64,000 nt of DNA. Origin: a virus. The stretch's first letter is position 1; each line of letters begins with the position of its first letter. Shown piece by piece: positions 23,358-34,204 of this stretch. Location: the IMG/VR virus record IMGVR_UViG_3300026457_000013, positions 18,253 to 82,252 of that record. One strand, given 5' to 3'. The notes beneath the pieces are model-generated. The model did no database searches. It was not told the DNA's origin and saw nothing but the letters and a program-made list of their open reading frames with translations. Position numbers and translations under genes: made by a program.

Positions 23358-26300
23358 ATGGCAGGTAATAAAATAAATATTGACTTAAGCGTTCAAGATC
23401 AGTCTAGTACTATAAAACAACGTACTAACGATGCCAAACAGCTTAATAACGAGCTAGAAAAAGCTCAAAGATTGATGACCGGAACTAAATCTGGCAGTAG
23501 AGCTATGCGCGCAAGTTATGGTGGCGTGGCAGGTGGGGAGGTTGAGGAGTATAATCGTGCACGTGGTGCTGCTGGAGTAGGCGGTGCTAGCGCACGTGAT
23601 TTTGCAGACCAAGCTCGTGGCCTTGGTGGGTTAGTAAGATTATATGCTACCTATGCTGCTAATATATTTGCTGTTACCGCTGCATTTAGTGCACTGCGTG
23701 AAGCAATGCAAACAGATATTATGGTTAAGGGCTTGCAACAACTAAGTGCTGCTAGCGGCACTTCCATGGGCAGCTTAGCCAAACAGTTTAGTGACGTAAC
23801 AGACGGGGCTATTAGTTTTCGCGAATCTATGCAAGCAACTGCTAAAGCAGTAAGCAGCGGATTATCTAGCTCACAGTTTATTGAATTAGGCAAAGTAGCT
23901 AAAGGTGCTAGTCAGGCATTGGGCTTAGATATGAGCGATGCTGTTAGCAGACTTACTCGCGGTATTACTAAGCTAGAACCTGAATTATTAGACGAACTTG
24001 GATTGTTTACAAAAACAGGTAAAGCTGCAGAAGAGTATGCTCGCAAAGTAGGTAAAACTGAAGCCCAGCTAACAGATTTTGAGCGTCGTCAAGCTTTTGC
24101 AAATGCTGTACTAGAAGAAGGACGTCAAAAATTTGGCGAAATAGCGCAAGCCGGTAATCCATATGATAAACTACTAGCACAATTAAAAGATGTTGCACAA
24201 AGTATACTAAGCACAGTTAATAGTATTATTACTCCTATAGCTAAATTATTAGCAGACAATACTGGGCTTATAGGTGCAGCTATTGCACTAGCCGCTATAA
24301 AGATTACCAAGCAAGCTATACCAGCATTAACTAGCTGGCAAGCTGGATTAAAGGACGCTGCAAAAGCTGCTAAAGATCGCATGGGCGATGTTAATGAAGC
24401 GTTTCAAGGGGTATTCTATAGTAAAACAGCTGCAGCTGCTGGAATACCTGAGTTAGAAAAACAGCTAAAAGCCGCACAGCAAAGCCTTACCAAATCTGTA
24501 ACAGATAAGCGTACACTAGAAAGTAGTAGCTTTAAACAAGTAACTACTGCTAAAGAATTAAGCGATAAAGACCGATTAAAACTAGCAAAAGATATTGATA
24601 AATATGAAACTAGTACAGTAAAGCACAGACAAGATCAAGTTGCAGCTGCTAAAGAAGTATTGCGAATTGATAGTGAAATTAAAAATATTAGAAATCAACT
24701 TAATGCTGCCTATGATAAAACCAACGATCAAATGGATAAGCAAGCTAAGTTTGGTAGTGCTATTTGGCAACGTGAACAGCTGACCCGAGCTGCACGTCAA
24801 CGTTATGCTGAGCTAGAAATACGTAGTCGTGTAGCAGAAAATGTTGATACAATGGGCGTACGCGGAGCTGTGCAGGAACTATACAAAGAAACCGCAGCTA
24901 GTAAAGATCTTAGCAAAATGGGTAAGTTTAAAACAGTTACGCTAGGTACATTAGCCGCCGTAACTCGTGGTATAGAAATAGCTGCCAGTGCATTTAGCAG
25001 ATTCTTTTTTGTAATTGGTGCAGCAGTTGCAGTATTTCAGGTGCTTGATAGTATATTTAGTAAAAACAACGAGCAAACACAAGCACTAAATAAAAGCTTG
25101 GATATACTCAATGATACCACCCAAACAGCCAAAGATACTGCTGATAAGTATAAAGACAGTATTAGTGGCGATGCTATAATAGCTTTTAGTAATAGTCTAG
25201 ACGAGTTAACACAATCACTAAAAAATGTTACTAAAGGATTCATAGAAGCACAAGAAGCTGCAGGATATTGGGATTTTATTTGGGATCGTATAAAAGATGT
25301 AACGCCATTTGTTGACAGTTTGCAAGAATCAACCTCAAAAAGCATTGGTAAAAGTTTAGTAGCAGCTATAAAAAGTGTACCTGAAGGCCCAATGCGAGAC
25401 GAGCTTAGTCAAAAGTTCTTTAAAACACTAAAGCTGGGCGATACTGCACTAGTTAATACAGAAACATTTACAAATGCACTAAAAGGCTTAGATGCAGAAA
25501 CATATGGCAAAGTTATACAACAGCTTGGTGTGGATCAGGCCGGTGTTAACGAAAAATTTAAAGAAAGCACTATTTATTTAAGAGACTTAGAATCTAGTAC
25601 TGAAGCTGCTACAAAAGCTCAACAAGCTTTTAATAATAGTTTAAAGGATACTAGTCCCGTAGCACAATTTTTTAGAACTAGTATTAGTCTTGCAGACACA
25701 CTATCTAAAGCACTAAAACAAGTAGACTTTAATGCTCAATTAGGTGCATTAGACAAACTGTCTAAAGTAGATCTAACAATTTTTGATCCTAGTGTAGCAC
25801 TGGAAATAGCCAAGCAAGTAAATGCTTATAAAGATGCCGCGCCTAGATATAAAGAACTAACTAGTATCGCTGCTGATGCAGAAAAAGAAGTAGCTAGACT
25901 AAATCAAATGATAATTGATTCACAGATAATAGACCCGTTTACTGGTTTAGTTTATGTGGACCCTAAACTGCAAAAAAGTGTAAGTGAAGTTGAAGACACA
26001 CTGAATAAGGCCAAAAAAGCCGCCGAAGATTTAAAAGAAAAAACTAAACAAATAGCGAATGAAACACAGCTACTAATAGAAAAGAGTGTTGGAGCCACTA
26101 TTGCTAGAAGTTTAGATGCGTTTAGTACAAAATTAAGACAAGCAGTTGTAGAACAGCAAAAATACATATTAAGTAAATTTCCAGTTAGTACTGAAGCAGG
26201 CATTCAGCTAAGCAATAAGTTAGCCAAAGAACAAATTGATCTAGACTTTAAATTGATAAACAGCCAAGAAATGCTTAGTGCTTCTCAAGATTTACTACGC

Positions 26301-28538
26301 ATACAAATTCAGCGTCTAGCAGATATTGAAGAACTAAAAAATCTACCCAAAACCGCAGAAAATATACCGCGCGCAGTAAAATTAGCAGGCAGAATTGGTG
26401 AAGCTGGCAGAGCAGAAGAGCTATTTTCTGGCGGAACATTAGCAGAACTAAGATCAGCAGCTATTTATAATCCAGCACTTTATGCGTTAGTAGAGCGCAG
26501 ACAAAAGCTAGCACTAGCTCAACAACAAAAAGGTATTAAAAGTTCTATAGAAGATTTTAATACTGCACTTGCTGATATTGCACTAGCAGCCGATGATAAA
26601 ATAAAAGTATTAAATACTTTTATAAAAGGATTAGAAAATAGTATTAATTCTGTTGTTACCGATACTGAGTATGGTATAGGAACAAAGTCCGTCATGTTGT
26701 TACAATTGGCAGAGATCCAGCGCAAAAAGTTAGTGGAAGAAGGCCAAAAACAAGTAGATATTGCCATTAGAACTGGCAGAGAACTAGTTTCTACTGCTAA
26801 AGGTGATACCAATAAGACATTGGCACAAGAAGCTGCCAATGAATTAGAACGTAGAGCTCGATTAGAAAGCCAGATTAATTTAGAACTATTTGATCAGTCT
26901 GAAAACATAAGACAAGTAAATCAAAATAATCAAGACTACCTATCAATCTTAGATATAAAATATCAAAAATTAGACAAAGAGCTAGCTTTACAGCGCGAGT
27001 TAAGAAATTTAGAAACACTAAGACTAGATAATAGATTAAAATTAGAAGAAGAACTATTAGGTCAAGCAGATAGATTTAAAATATTAACTGATGACCAAAT
27101 CAGAAATCAACGTAAACGTATACAAGAACAAAGAATAGAACGAGAATTAGCAAATAATTTATTTCAATTACAAGAAAGCAGAGCACAAGCAGCTAGAGAT
27201 GCTGTAAAATCTGGCGGAATTGGGGACGACTCAGGAGCAGCTACTCCACAACAAATAAGAGCAAGCGAAGCATATGCACTAGAACTAGACCGACTAAGCG
27301 CACTAGAAAAACAATATAAACTAACAGCCGAAGGCCAACGACAGCTACTAGAAGCACAAAATCAATTTACACTACGCGAAGAGGCATATGCAGATGCATT
27401 TGTTCGTAGCTTTGATCGCATGACTGATGCCGTAGTAGAGTTTACAAAAACAGGCAAACTTAACTTTAAAAATCTAATAAATAGTTTCTTAGAGGACTTA
27501 TTGCGATTTGAGGTTAAAACTGCTATGCAGCAAACTCTTAGTAGTTTAGGCGGCGGAATGGGCCTAGCCAAAACCGTACTAGGTCGTGTTGGCCTAGCCA
27601 GTGGCAAGCAAACACCAGAAACTATGCTGCAGCCTAAGGGCACTGAAGGCGATCCACTATATGTTTCAATAGTCGGACCAAGCATATCAAGCTATACTGG
27701 CTTAGGTAGACAGCCAGGAAAACCTGCGCCTATAGTTAGTAGAGATTCTCCAGATTTTTATACTGGCAGGCAGTTTGAGGCAGATTTACCAACACCAAAT
27801 ACTAGTGAACTATTAGCTGCTAATCGCATACCTTTTATAGTTAGTGGAGCCGAAGGCCCGTTTATTTATACAGATGTTAGACCAGAACAAAAAACGTTTG
27901 AAGAAAAAAAGTTTGAGGTATTAGGCAGTAAAGTAACACGCGAAAGTTTAGTTTTTGGCGAGCGCTGGGCGGAGGCAGTAACTCCTTCAATAGAAAGAGT
28001 TAGTGAAAATCTTAAACGTAGTTTTACTGTAAATCCTCAAGCTCTTGCTGATAGCATGATTGAGGGTTTCGAAGGCGGCTTCCAAGGCTTAGCTAGTATA
28101 GTGCAAAGAACCGCATTACAAGCTGGTGGAAGTTTGCTTGGTGGTTTATTTAAGAGTTTACTTGGTGGTGGAGGAGGTTATGGCTCAGCATATGATGCAC
28201 TATTAAATCCAGGACTATTTGGTGGTGTATTTGCTAAAGGCGGATCACTATCAAGTGGAGAATGGGGTATTGCAGGAGAAGCAGGACCCGAAATCGTAAC
28301 AGGTCCAGCAACTGTGTATCCTATGCAAAATACTAGCCAAGGTAAAGTTGAAGTTGTTGTAAACAACTACAGCAATGCTAGTGCAGAAACTCGTGAAACT
28401 ACCGACAGTCGCGGTAATCGTCGCATTGAGGTAATCGTTGGTGAAATGGTAGCTGGTGAAATGTCTAGATCAAACAGCGCTGTACAGCAGTCACTAACAA
28501 ATAATTTTGGTGCTAGACCAATGGTAGCAAGGAGATAA
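23358..28538 (+). CDS. tape measure protein
   Basis: 1726 aa helical; T5 pb2-like N-terminus; lambda-like C-terminus (EFTKTGKLNFKNL, FAKGG..AGEAGPE). Confidence 0.92.
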   Translation: MAGNKINIDLSVQDQSSTIKQRTNDAKQLNNELEKAQRLMTGTKSGSRAMRASYGGVAGGEVEEYNRARGAAGVGGASARDFADQARGLGGLVRLYATYAANIFAVTAAFSALREAMQTDIMVKGLQQLSAASGTSMGSLAKQFSDVTDGAISFRESMQATAKAVSSGLSSSQFIELGKVAKGASQALGLDMSDAVSRLTRGITKLEPELLDELGLFTKTGKAAEEYARKVGKTEAQLTDFERRQAFANAVLEEGRQKFGEIAQAGNPYDKLLAQLKDVAQSILSTVNSIITPIAKLLADNTGLIGAAIALAAIKITKQAIPALTSWQAGLKDAAKAAKDRMGDVNEAFQGVFYSKTAAAAGIPELEKQLKAAQQSLTKSVTDKRTLESSSFKQVTTAKELSDKDRLKLAKDIDKYETSTVKHRQDQVAAAKEVLRIDSEIKNIRNQLNAAYDKTNDQMDKQAKFGSAIWQREQLTRAARQRYAELEIRSRVAENVDTMGVRGAVQELYKETAASKDLSKMGKFKTVTLGTLAAVTRGIEIAASAFSRFFFVIGAAVAVFQVLDSIFSKNNEQTQALNKSLDILNDTTQTAKDTADKYKDSISGDAIIAFSNSLDELTQSLKNVTKGFIEAQEAAGYWDFIWDRIKDVTPFVDSLQESTSKSIGKSLVAAIKSVPEGPMRDELSQKFFKTLKLGDTALVNTETFTNALKGLDAETYGKVIQQLGVDQAGVNEKFKESTIYLRDLESSTEAATKAQQAFNNSLKDTSPVAQFFRTSISLADTLSKALKQVDFNAQLGALDKLSKVDLTIFDPSVALEIAKQVNAYKDAAPRYKELTSIAADAEKEVARLNQMIIDSQIIDPFTGLVYVDPKLQKSVSEVEDTLNKAKKAAEDLKEKTKQIANETQLLIEKSVGATIARSLDAFSTKLRQAVVEQQKYILSKFPVSTEAGIQLSNKLAKEQIDLDFKLINSQEMLSASQDLLRIQIQRLADIEELKNLPKTAENIPRAVKLAGRIGEAGRAEELFSGGTLAELRSAAIYNPALYALVERRQKLALAQQQKGIKSSIEDFNTALADIALAADDKIKVLNTFIKGLENSINSVVTDTEYGIGTKSVMLLQLAEIQRKKLVEEGQKQVDIAIRTGRELVSTAKGDTNKTLAQEAANELERRARLESQINLELFDQSENIRQVNQNNQDYLSILDIKYQKLDKELALQRELRNLETLRLDNRLKLEEELLGQADRFKILTDDQIRNQRKRIQEQRIERELANNLFQLQESRAQAARDAVKSGGIGDDSGAATPQQIRASEAYALELDRLSALEKQYKLTAEGQRQLLEAQNQFTLREEAYADAFVRSFDRMTDAVVEFTKTGKLNFKNLINSFLEDLLRFEVKTAMQQTLSSLGGGMGLAKTVLGRVGLASGKQTPETMLQPKGTEGDPLYVSIVGPSISSYTGLGRQPGKPAPIVSRDSPDFYTGRQFEADLPTPNTSELLAANRIPFIVSGAEGPFIYTDVRPEQKTFEEKKFEVLGSKVTRESLVFGERWAEAVTPSIERVSENLKRSFTVNPQALADSMIEGFEGGFQGLASIVQRTALQAGGSLLGGLFKSLLGGGGGYGSAYDALLNPGLFGGVFAKGGSLSSGEWGIAGEAGPEIVTGPATVYPMQNTSQGKVEVVVNNYSNASAETRETTDSRGNRRIEVIVGEMVAGEMSRSNSAVQQSLTNNFGARPMVARR

Positions 28539-28539
28539 T

Positions 28540-28902
28540 ATGCCTATTCCTGTATGGCCAGTAACATTGCCACAAAGTCCTCAAAAAGACTTTCAAGAAA
28601 CTATTGGCATAAATATTGTTCGTTCTAGTATGGATGCAGGTCCGGCCAAGCAGCGATTGCGTGGCCGTAGACCTAGTATGCTAAGTTTAAGTTTTATAAT
28701 GACTACCAGCCAAACACAAACACTAGAAACTTTTGTAAACACCGACCTGCTAGGCGTAAAGCGATTTACATTTACACATCCTAGAACTGGTGCTAGCGTT
28801 GAGTGTAGGCTAGTGCCGCAAGGCGATGGACAATTTTTTACGCTTCAATATCGTGCGCCAGGATACTGGCAAACTAACTTACAATTTGAAGTATTACCAT
28901 GA
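28540..28902 (+). CDS. distal tail protein (lambda gpM-like)
   Basis: WPVTLPQ, RSSMDAGPAKQR and FTFTHP; follows the tape measure gene. Confidence 0.75.
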   Translation: MPIPVWPVTLPQSPQKDFQETIGINIVRSSMDAGPAKQRLRGRRPSMLSLSFIMTTSQTQTLETFVNTDLLGVKRFTFTHPRTGASVECRLVPQGDGQFFTLQYRAPGYWQTNLQFEVLP

Positions 28903-29456
28903 GTAGACTGAGTACACTATCCGCAGACGCTATACGCGCTATGTTTTCGTCTGAAACAGACGAGCAATTAATTATGCTTGTAACTATTACAGATCCAGAA
29001 GATCTAGCAAATCCTATACGTTTAGCAGATGGATTTACTCAACGACTTACTGGAGCTACAGCTACAACAAACACTATTACAGGCGATACTACTGATAGTG
29101 AAGTAATTTATGGCGTTATAAGTAACAGCCTTAGATATGTATTTTTACCAATGCAAATTACCCTACCCACAGAGCAAGAAACTGGGGTAGGAAATTGCTC
29201 AATTGTATTTAATTATGTTACACAAGAAGCAATCTATTTAATTAGACAACACCTTACAAAACCAGCTGAAGTAAATATACAATTAATACTAGCTAGTGAT
29301 CCTAACTACATAGAAGCTAGTTTTCCTAAATTTTATATTACCAACGCCATTTATAACGCTGAAAGTATACAACTACAACTAGAAATGATTAGCTTTAGTC
29401 GTGAGCCTTTTCCTAACTTTAACTTTACACCATTATATTTTCCAGGATTGTTCTAA
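28899..29456 (+). CDS. minor tail protein (DUF1833 / gpL-like)
   Basis: FLPMQITLP and EPFPNFNFTPLYFPGLF. Confidence 0.75.
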   Translation: MSRLSTLSADAIRAMFSSETDEQLIMLVTITDPEDLANPIRLADGFTQRLTGATATTNTITGDTTDSEVIYGVISNSLRYVFLPMQITLPTEQETGVGNCSIVFNYVTQEAIYLIRQHLTKPAEVNIQLILASDPNYIEASFPKFYITNAIYNAESIQLQLEMISFSREPFPNFNFTPLYFPGLF

Positions 29457-32400
29457 TGAATTATAATAAATATATTGGCTTACCATATAAAGAAAATGGT
29501 AGAAGCACACAAGGTGTAGACTGCTGGGGATTAGCCAGACTATTTTACAAGCACGAGCTAGGCATAGAATTGCCTAGCTATACAGAATTATACGCTGGCA
29601 GCTATGACCCTAAGGTTGTAGCTGCTATTGACTATTATAAGGATGGTTGGGAGCCAGTTGCTAACCCACATCCAGGTGACCTATGTTTGTTCAATATCCT
29701 AGGCGAACCAGCTCATATTGGCATATACATAGGCGATCAACGATTTATACACAGCAGAGATGGTTTAGATAGCGTAATTGAACGCCTAGATAACTTTAGC
29801 TGGAAACGCAGACTACTAGGATTTTACAGATATAAACCTACTAGCATTATAGCTACTGGCAAACCGCATCCACTGCAGTGGTCTAATACTGTACTAGAAG
29901 GTGTGCGTGTAGGTACTACATGCAGCGAATTCGCTAGCTATATTATTGATAAGTATAAGCTAGGCAAACGACTAGCTAATAAGCTGCTGTTAACTATAGA
30001 CGGTGTAATAGTACCACAAGAACAGTGGAATACTACAATTATTAATGCTGGACAAAATATCAACTATAGAGTAGTTGCTCAAGGACGTCAAGGATTACGC
30101 CTAGTATTAATGATTGCAGTATTTGTAATCTCTCAAGATCCAGTAATAGCTGCAAAAGTAGGTGCTGCAGTTGGCGGCACTGCCGCAGTTGGCAGCGCAA
30201 TTATACAAATTGCTGGTACTGTACTCATCAACGCAGCATTTCCTATTAGACCCCCTGAGGTAAAAGATCCAGGACAAACAATTGGTGCTAGCCTATTTAC
30301 TGGCAGTCAAAATCAAGCCAACCCATTTGGTGCAATTCCAGTAGTACTTGGACGCAATCGTGTTACTGGTGTACTAGGTGCAACACCATATATAGAAACA
30401 CTAACCAATACCAACCTACTACACTTATTAATCATCTGGGGATTTGGCCCACTGCAAGTTGATGAAAATACTATTAGTGTTGGTGCTACACCGCTTAGTG
30501 AATTACATAGTGACAAACTATTATATAATAACACAGAGGTAGCTTATACACTAGGTGGATTAACTACTGAAACTCAAGCACAAGCAGATACCTTTAACAG
30601 CTATTATCCTAGCGATGTACAACAACTACCAGCTAGTCCAGTTGAACTTGTAAATAATAACAATGACGGAAATCCTTGGACACTAGTAACATTTACACAA
30701 CCAGCTACTAGCATTGATGTTGCCTTTAATTTTCCTGAAGGTTTGCGGGCTATTTATACCAAAGATGGTAAAACAGACAAGTTTAATGTTAGCCTAGGAA
30801 TTGAAATTGTACCTGCTAATCAAGTACAAACTAATCCTAACCTAGATAGTACCGCTAGTAGTAATATTGATTATTATAATTTAAGCAGCAGTAAAACTGA
30901 GCAGGTAGATGTACCGCAACTATGGGTTATTAATGAAACTACTTCAGCTACTATTTATCAACGATTTACTGCTTGTTTGCGACCAAATGCAGACAGCTTA
31001 ACTATATTTGCCGGAGCTGCTAGCGATACTAATAGTAGTAATCCTAGTGCAGCTTATAAGTCCTATTTAAATAGCACTGCATATACTCAACTATTAGGCA
31101 CACAGCGTGACTTTATTTTTGAACCACAAATTCCCAGCGGGTATTTACGACTGTACAGCTTTACACTAGACAGCGGTAATAACATATCTAATCAAACAGA
31201 TCATACTAGTGGTTATACCACGCTGGTCAAAAGCGGCCTTAACTTTTCACTAACACAATCTACTAAGCAAGACTATAGTAGTGGTGGTGCAGAAACACTT
31301 TTCTTACCAGCATTTAATATTACGGTTAGCGCTGGTAGTTTAACTAGCACAACACTTAGCAGTGCTAATGCTGTAACACAACTAACTGTATTTAACAGTA
31401 GAACTAATTTTGCCAACATAACAAACGTTACTAGAACTGATGATATTTGGCATAATTTTTTAAAGCAATACGGCGTTTGGGGCACTGCAGATATATCTAC
31501 TAGCGTTAGCTTTGATCAACAAACAACATTTACTGCTCCATATGATGGTACCTACCTATTAGATTTTTCAGCTGATGATTATGGCCAGGTATACATTGAT
31601 AATGTTACAGTTGGTACTAGTACACCAGTAGTTAGTGTAAGCAAAAACTTTAGAAGCTTTACTACCAAAGAAGTCTACTTAGGTGCTGGTACGCATACTA
31701 TTAGAGTTACTGCTACTAGCGCTCAAGCAGTTGGAAATACGGGACAATCATCAGCAGGTATAGCTTGTGTAATTAGATTTGTTTATGATGGTGTACAAAA
31801 TGTACTACCAACACGCGGTTATAAAATAATTACAATTAGCAGAAATTACAAAGATGCATTTAACTATGTATATAAACTAGAAAATATACCTAGAAATACT
31901 TATGCTGTACGTGTTAAACGTATTACCAATGATGACCCAGAACAAATAGCAGACTGGCGTGTAGCTTCTAGAGTATCGCTGCAGGTAGTTAGTGCATATG
32001 ACAGTATAGATAATCCACCACTTAAACCACTGCCTAAACGAAAACTGCGAAATAATAGCGGTACAGTAATTGCAGAAGAGCCGCGTAATTTAGCTAGAAC
32101 TGCTATTAAGGTACAAAGTACTAATAAAGTAAATGGTACGCTGCAAGGCGTAAATGCTATGGTACAAACTATAGCAAAAATAAATATTGCTAGTAACGGC
32201 ACTTATACGTATGGTGCAACAAATAATCCAGCAAGTTTATTTGTGCATGTACTACAACATACTGCTAATAGTTATAGTGTTAATGACAGCGAAATAGATT
32301 GGCCTACTATAGCCAGCTGGTATAATTTTTGCAATGCTAATTCAGCTGCTGAGTACAAGGTAAACTACAACCAACCTATATTAGCCTATAATAACGTTAT

Positions 32401-34195
32401 ATCTAGTACGCAAAATTTAATGGAATTGCTACGCGATATTTGTGCTGCAGGTATGGCTAGTCCTACTTATGTTAATGGTAAGTGGAGTGTTGTAATAGAT
32501 AGACTTAGATCACATACTATTCAACATTTTACTCCACATAACAGCTGGGGATTCGAAAGTACAAAAACATTAGTTAGAATACCAGATGCATTTAGAATAG
32601 CATTTGCAAACGAAACTAAAGCTTATCAAGCTGACGAAATCATTGTTTACAACTATGGTTACGGCGAAACAGATGGTTATATAGTTACTAGCGGCAGTTT
32701 TGTTACCGGCAGAACGTATAAGATTACTAAACTGGGAACTACTACGCAACAGCAGTGGAATACTGCGGCAGGTACTAGTGGTGTAGTTTATGTAGTAGGC
32801 GATACCTTTGTAGCAGCAGCTAGTGGCAGTGGAAATGGTCAAGCATTTACTACACAAGGTACTAGTGGCAGAGCTGTTAAAGGTGCGGAAATATTTGAAC
32901 AACTAACACTACCTGGTGTAACTAATCCAGATCAAATTAGATATTTTGCAAGCTGGCACCTAGCACAATTAAAACTGCGACCCGAAACTTACTCACTAAA
33001 TAGTGATTTTGAGTACCTAGTATGTACACGCGGTGATTTAGTAAAAGTAACACACGACGTTCCGCTCTGGGGCGTTGGATCTGCTAGAATTAAAAGTATT
33101 AGTGGAAATACTATAACGCTTACTGAAGCAGTGCTGTTGGATAGTACCAAATCTTATAGTATAACTATTAGAACTAATGCACTTACAACTACTGAAGGTT
33201 CTGGATCAGTTACTAGAGCTATTCAAAATGTAGGTACTAGTAACTATTATACTACAGTTACTACTACAACTAGTTTTACTGGTGTAGAAGCCGATAATCT
33301 AGTAATGATTGGCGAAAACAATAGTGTTAGCCAAGATCTTATAGTACTTAGTGTTGAACCTACTTCAAACGTAAGCGCCAGATTGGTGTTAGCTGATTAT
33401 AGTCCTGATATTTATACTAAAGACTTAGATAACGAATATATACACTTTAATTCTAATATCACGCTACAAAATACAGATATAGTAAAAAATACTATTATTA
33501 AAGCACCCAAAGTAACAAATGTTTCTAGTAACACCTATTACAGCACAGAAATATCTAATGGCAACTATGCTAATACAACCATTATTAGCTTTAGTAATCC
33601 TACGGATTTAACAGCTAATACAACGCATGTTCAGCTACAAGTAATTGAATCGAACAGTGTATTCAACGACCTAGATCCACAAAATACATATTTGGTTAAT
33701 AAGGATACTGGCAGTTTAACAGTTGTTGGACTCAAAACCGGTTATACTTATAAAACTCGTGCTAGGTATTCTAATAGTACTGCTAGTGTGTTTGGTCCCT
33801 GGAGCGATGAACAGATATTTTATGTAGATGGTAAAAGTGATAATCCGTTTGCTGTTACTGATGTGGCTATTACGTTACAAGGTACTAATATTATAGTTAA
33901 ACCTATAATTACTGGTACTGAACCAGCAAACCATAAAACATATGTATTTAGACTATATAGAACAACTAGTAGCGGTAGTGCAGATTTTTGGACAACTAGC
34001 TGGGATAGTACAAATATGCTAGAAATACAAAGTAGAACACAAGCAGTATTTAATCTACTAAACTTGCCTAGAGATACTGGCAGAATAAGTAGTAGTGGAG
34101 TTAATTATAGAATAGCTTGCAGAGCACTAGATAACACTGATGTTTATAGTACTACTAGTGCTGTAGGTAGTATAAAGATTCAGACCTTACAGTAA
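29456..34195 (+). CDS. fused tail tip protein: NlpC/P60 + gpI-like + gpJ-like central fibre
   Basis: GVDCWGL..HIGIYIG..FIHS; NPFGAIPVVLG; TNNPA; PA14-like insert; FN3-like C-terminus. Confidence 0.85.
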   Translation: MNYNKYIGLPYKENGRSTQGVDCWGLARLFYKHELGIELPSYTELYAGSYDPKVVAAIDYYKDGWEPVANPHPGDLCLFNILGEPAHIGIYIGDQRFIHSRDGLDSVIERLDNFSWKRRLLGFYRYKPTSIIATGKPHPLQWSNTVLEGVRVGTTCSEFASYIIDKYKLGKRLANKLLLTIDGVIVPQEQWNTTIINAGQNINYRVVAQGRQGLRLVLMIAVFVISQDPVIAAKVGAAVGGTAAVGSAIIQIAGTVLINAAFPIRPPEVKDPGQTIGASLFTGSQNQANPFGAIPVVLGRNRVTGVLGATPYIETLTNTNLLHLLIIWGFGPLQVDENTISVGATPLSELHSDKLLYNNTEVAYTLGGLTTETQAQADTFNSYYPSDVQQLPASPVELVNNNNDGNPWTLVTFTQPATSIDVAFNFPEGLRAIYTKDGKTDKFNVSLGIEIVPANQVQTNPNLDSTASSNIDYYNLSSSKTEQVDVPQLWVINETTSATIYQRFTACLRPNADSLTIFAGAASDTNSSNPSAAYKSYLNSTAYTQLLGTQRDFIFEPQIPSGYLRLYSFTLDSGNNISNQTDHTSGYTTLVKSGLNFSLTQSTKQDYSSGGAETLFLPAFNITVSAGSLTSTTLSSANAVTQLTVFNSRTNFANITNVTRTDDIWHNFLKQYGVWGTADISTSVSFDQQTTFTAPYDGTYLLDFSADDYGQVYIDNVTVGTSTPVVSVSKNFRSFTTKEVYLGAGTHTIRVTATSAQAVGNTGQSSAGIACVIRFVYDGVQNVLPTRGYKIITISRNYKDAFNYVYKLENIPRNTYAVRVKRITNDDPEQIADWRVASRVSLQVVSAYDSIDNPPLKPLPKRKLRNNSGTVIAEEPRNLARTAIKVQSTNKVNGTLQGVNAMVQTIAKINIASNGTYTYGATNNPASLFVHVLQHTANSYSVNDSEIDWPTIASWYNFCNANSAAEYKVNYNQPILAYNNVISSTQNLMELLRDICAAGMASPTYVNGKWSVVIDRLRSHTIQHFTPHNSWGFESTKTLVRIPDAFRIAFANETKAYQADEIIVYNYGYGETDGYIVTSGSFVTGRTYKITKLGTTTQQQWNTAAGTSGVVYVVGDTFVAAASGSGNGQAFTTQGTSGRAVKGAEIFEQLTLPGVTNPDQIRYFASWHLAQLKLRPETYSLNSDFEYLVCTRGDLVKVTHDVPLWGVGSARIKSISGNTITLTEAVLLDSTKSYSITIRTNALTTTEGSGSVTRAIQNVGTSNYYTTVTTTTSFTGVEADNLVMIGENNSVSQDLIVLSVEPTSNVSARLVLADYSPDIYTKDLDNEYIHFNSNITLQNTDIVKNTIIKAPKVTNVSSNTYYSTEISNGNYANTTIISFSNPTDLTANTTHVQLQVIESNSVFNDLDPQNTYLVNKDTGSLTVVGLKTGYTYKTRARYSNSTASVFGPWSDEQIFYVDGKSDNPFAVTDVAITLQGTNIIVKPIITGTEPANHKTYVFRLYRTTSSGSADFWTTSWDSTNMLEIQSRTQAVFNLLNLPRDTGRISSSGVNYRIACRALDNTDVYSTTSAVGSIKIQTLQ

Positions 34196-34204
34196 GGAAA
34201 GTAT

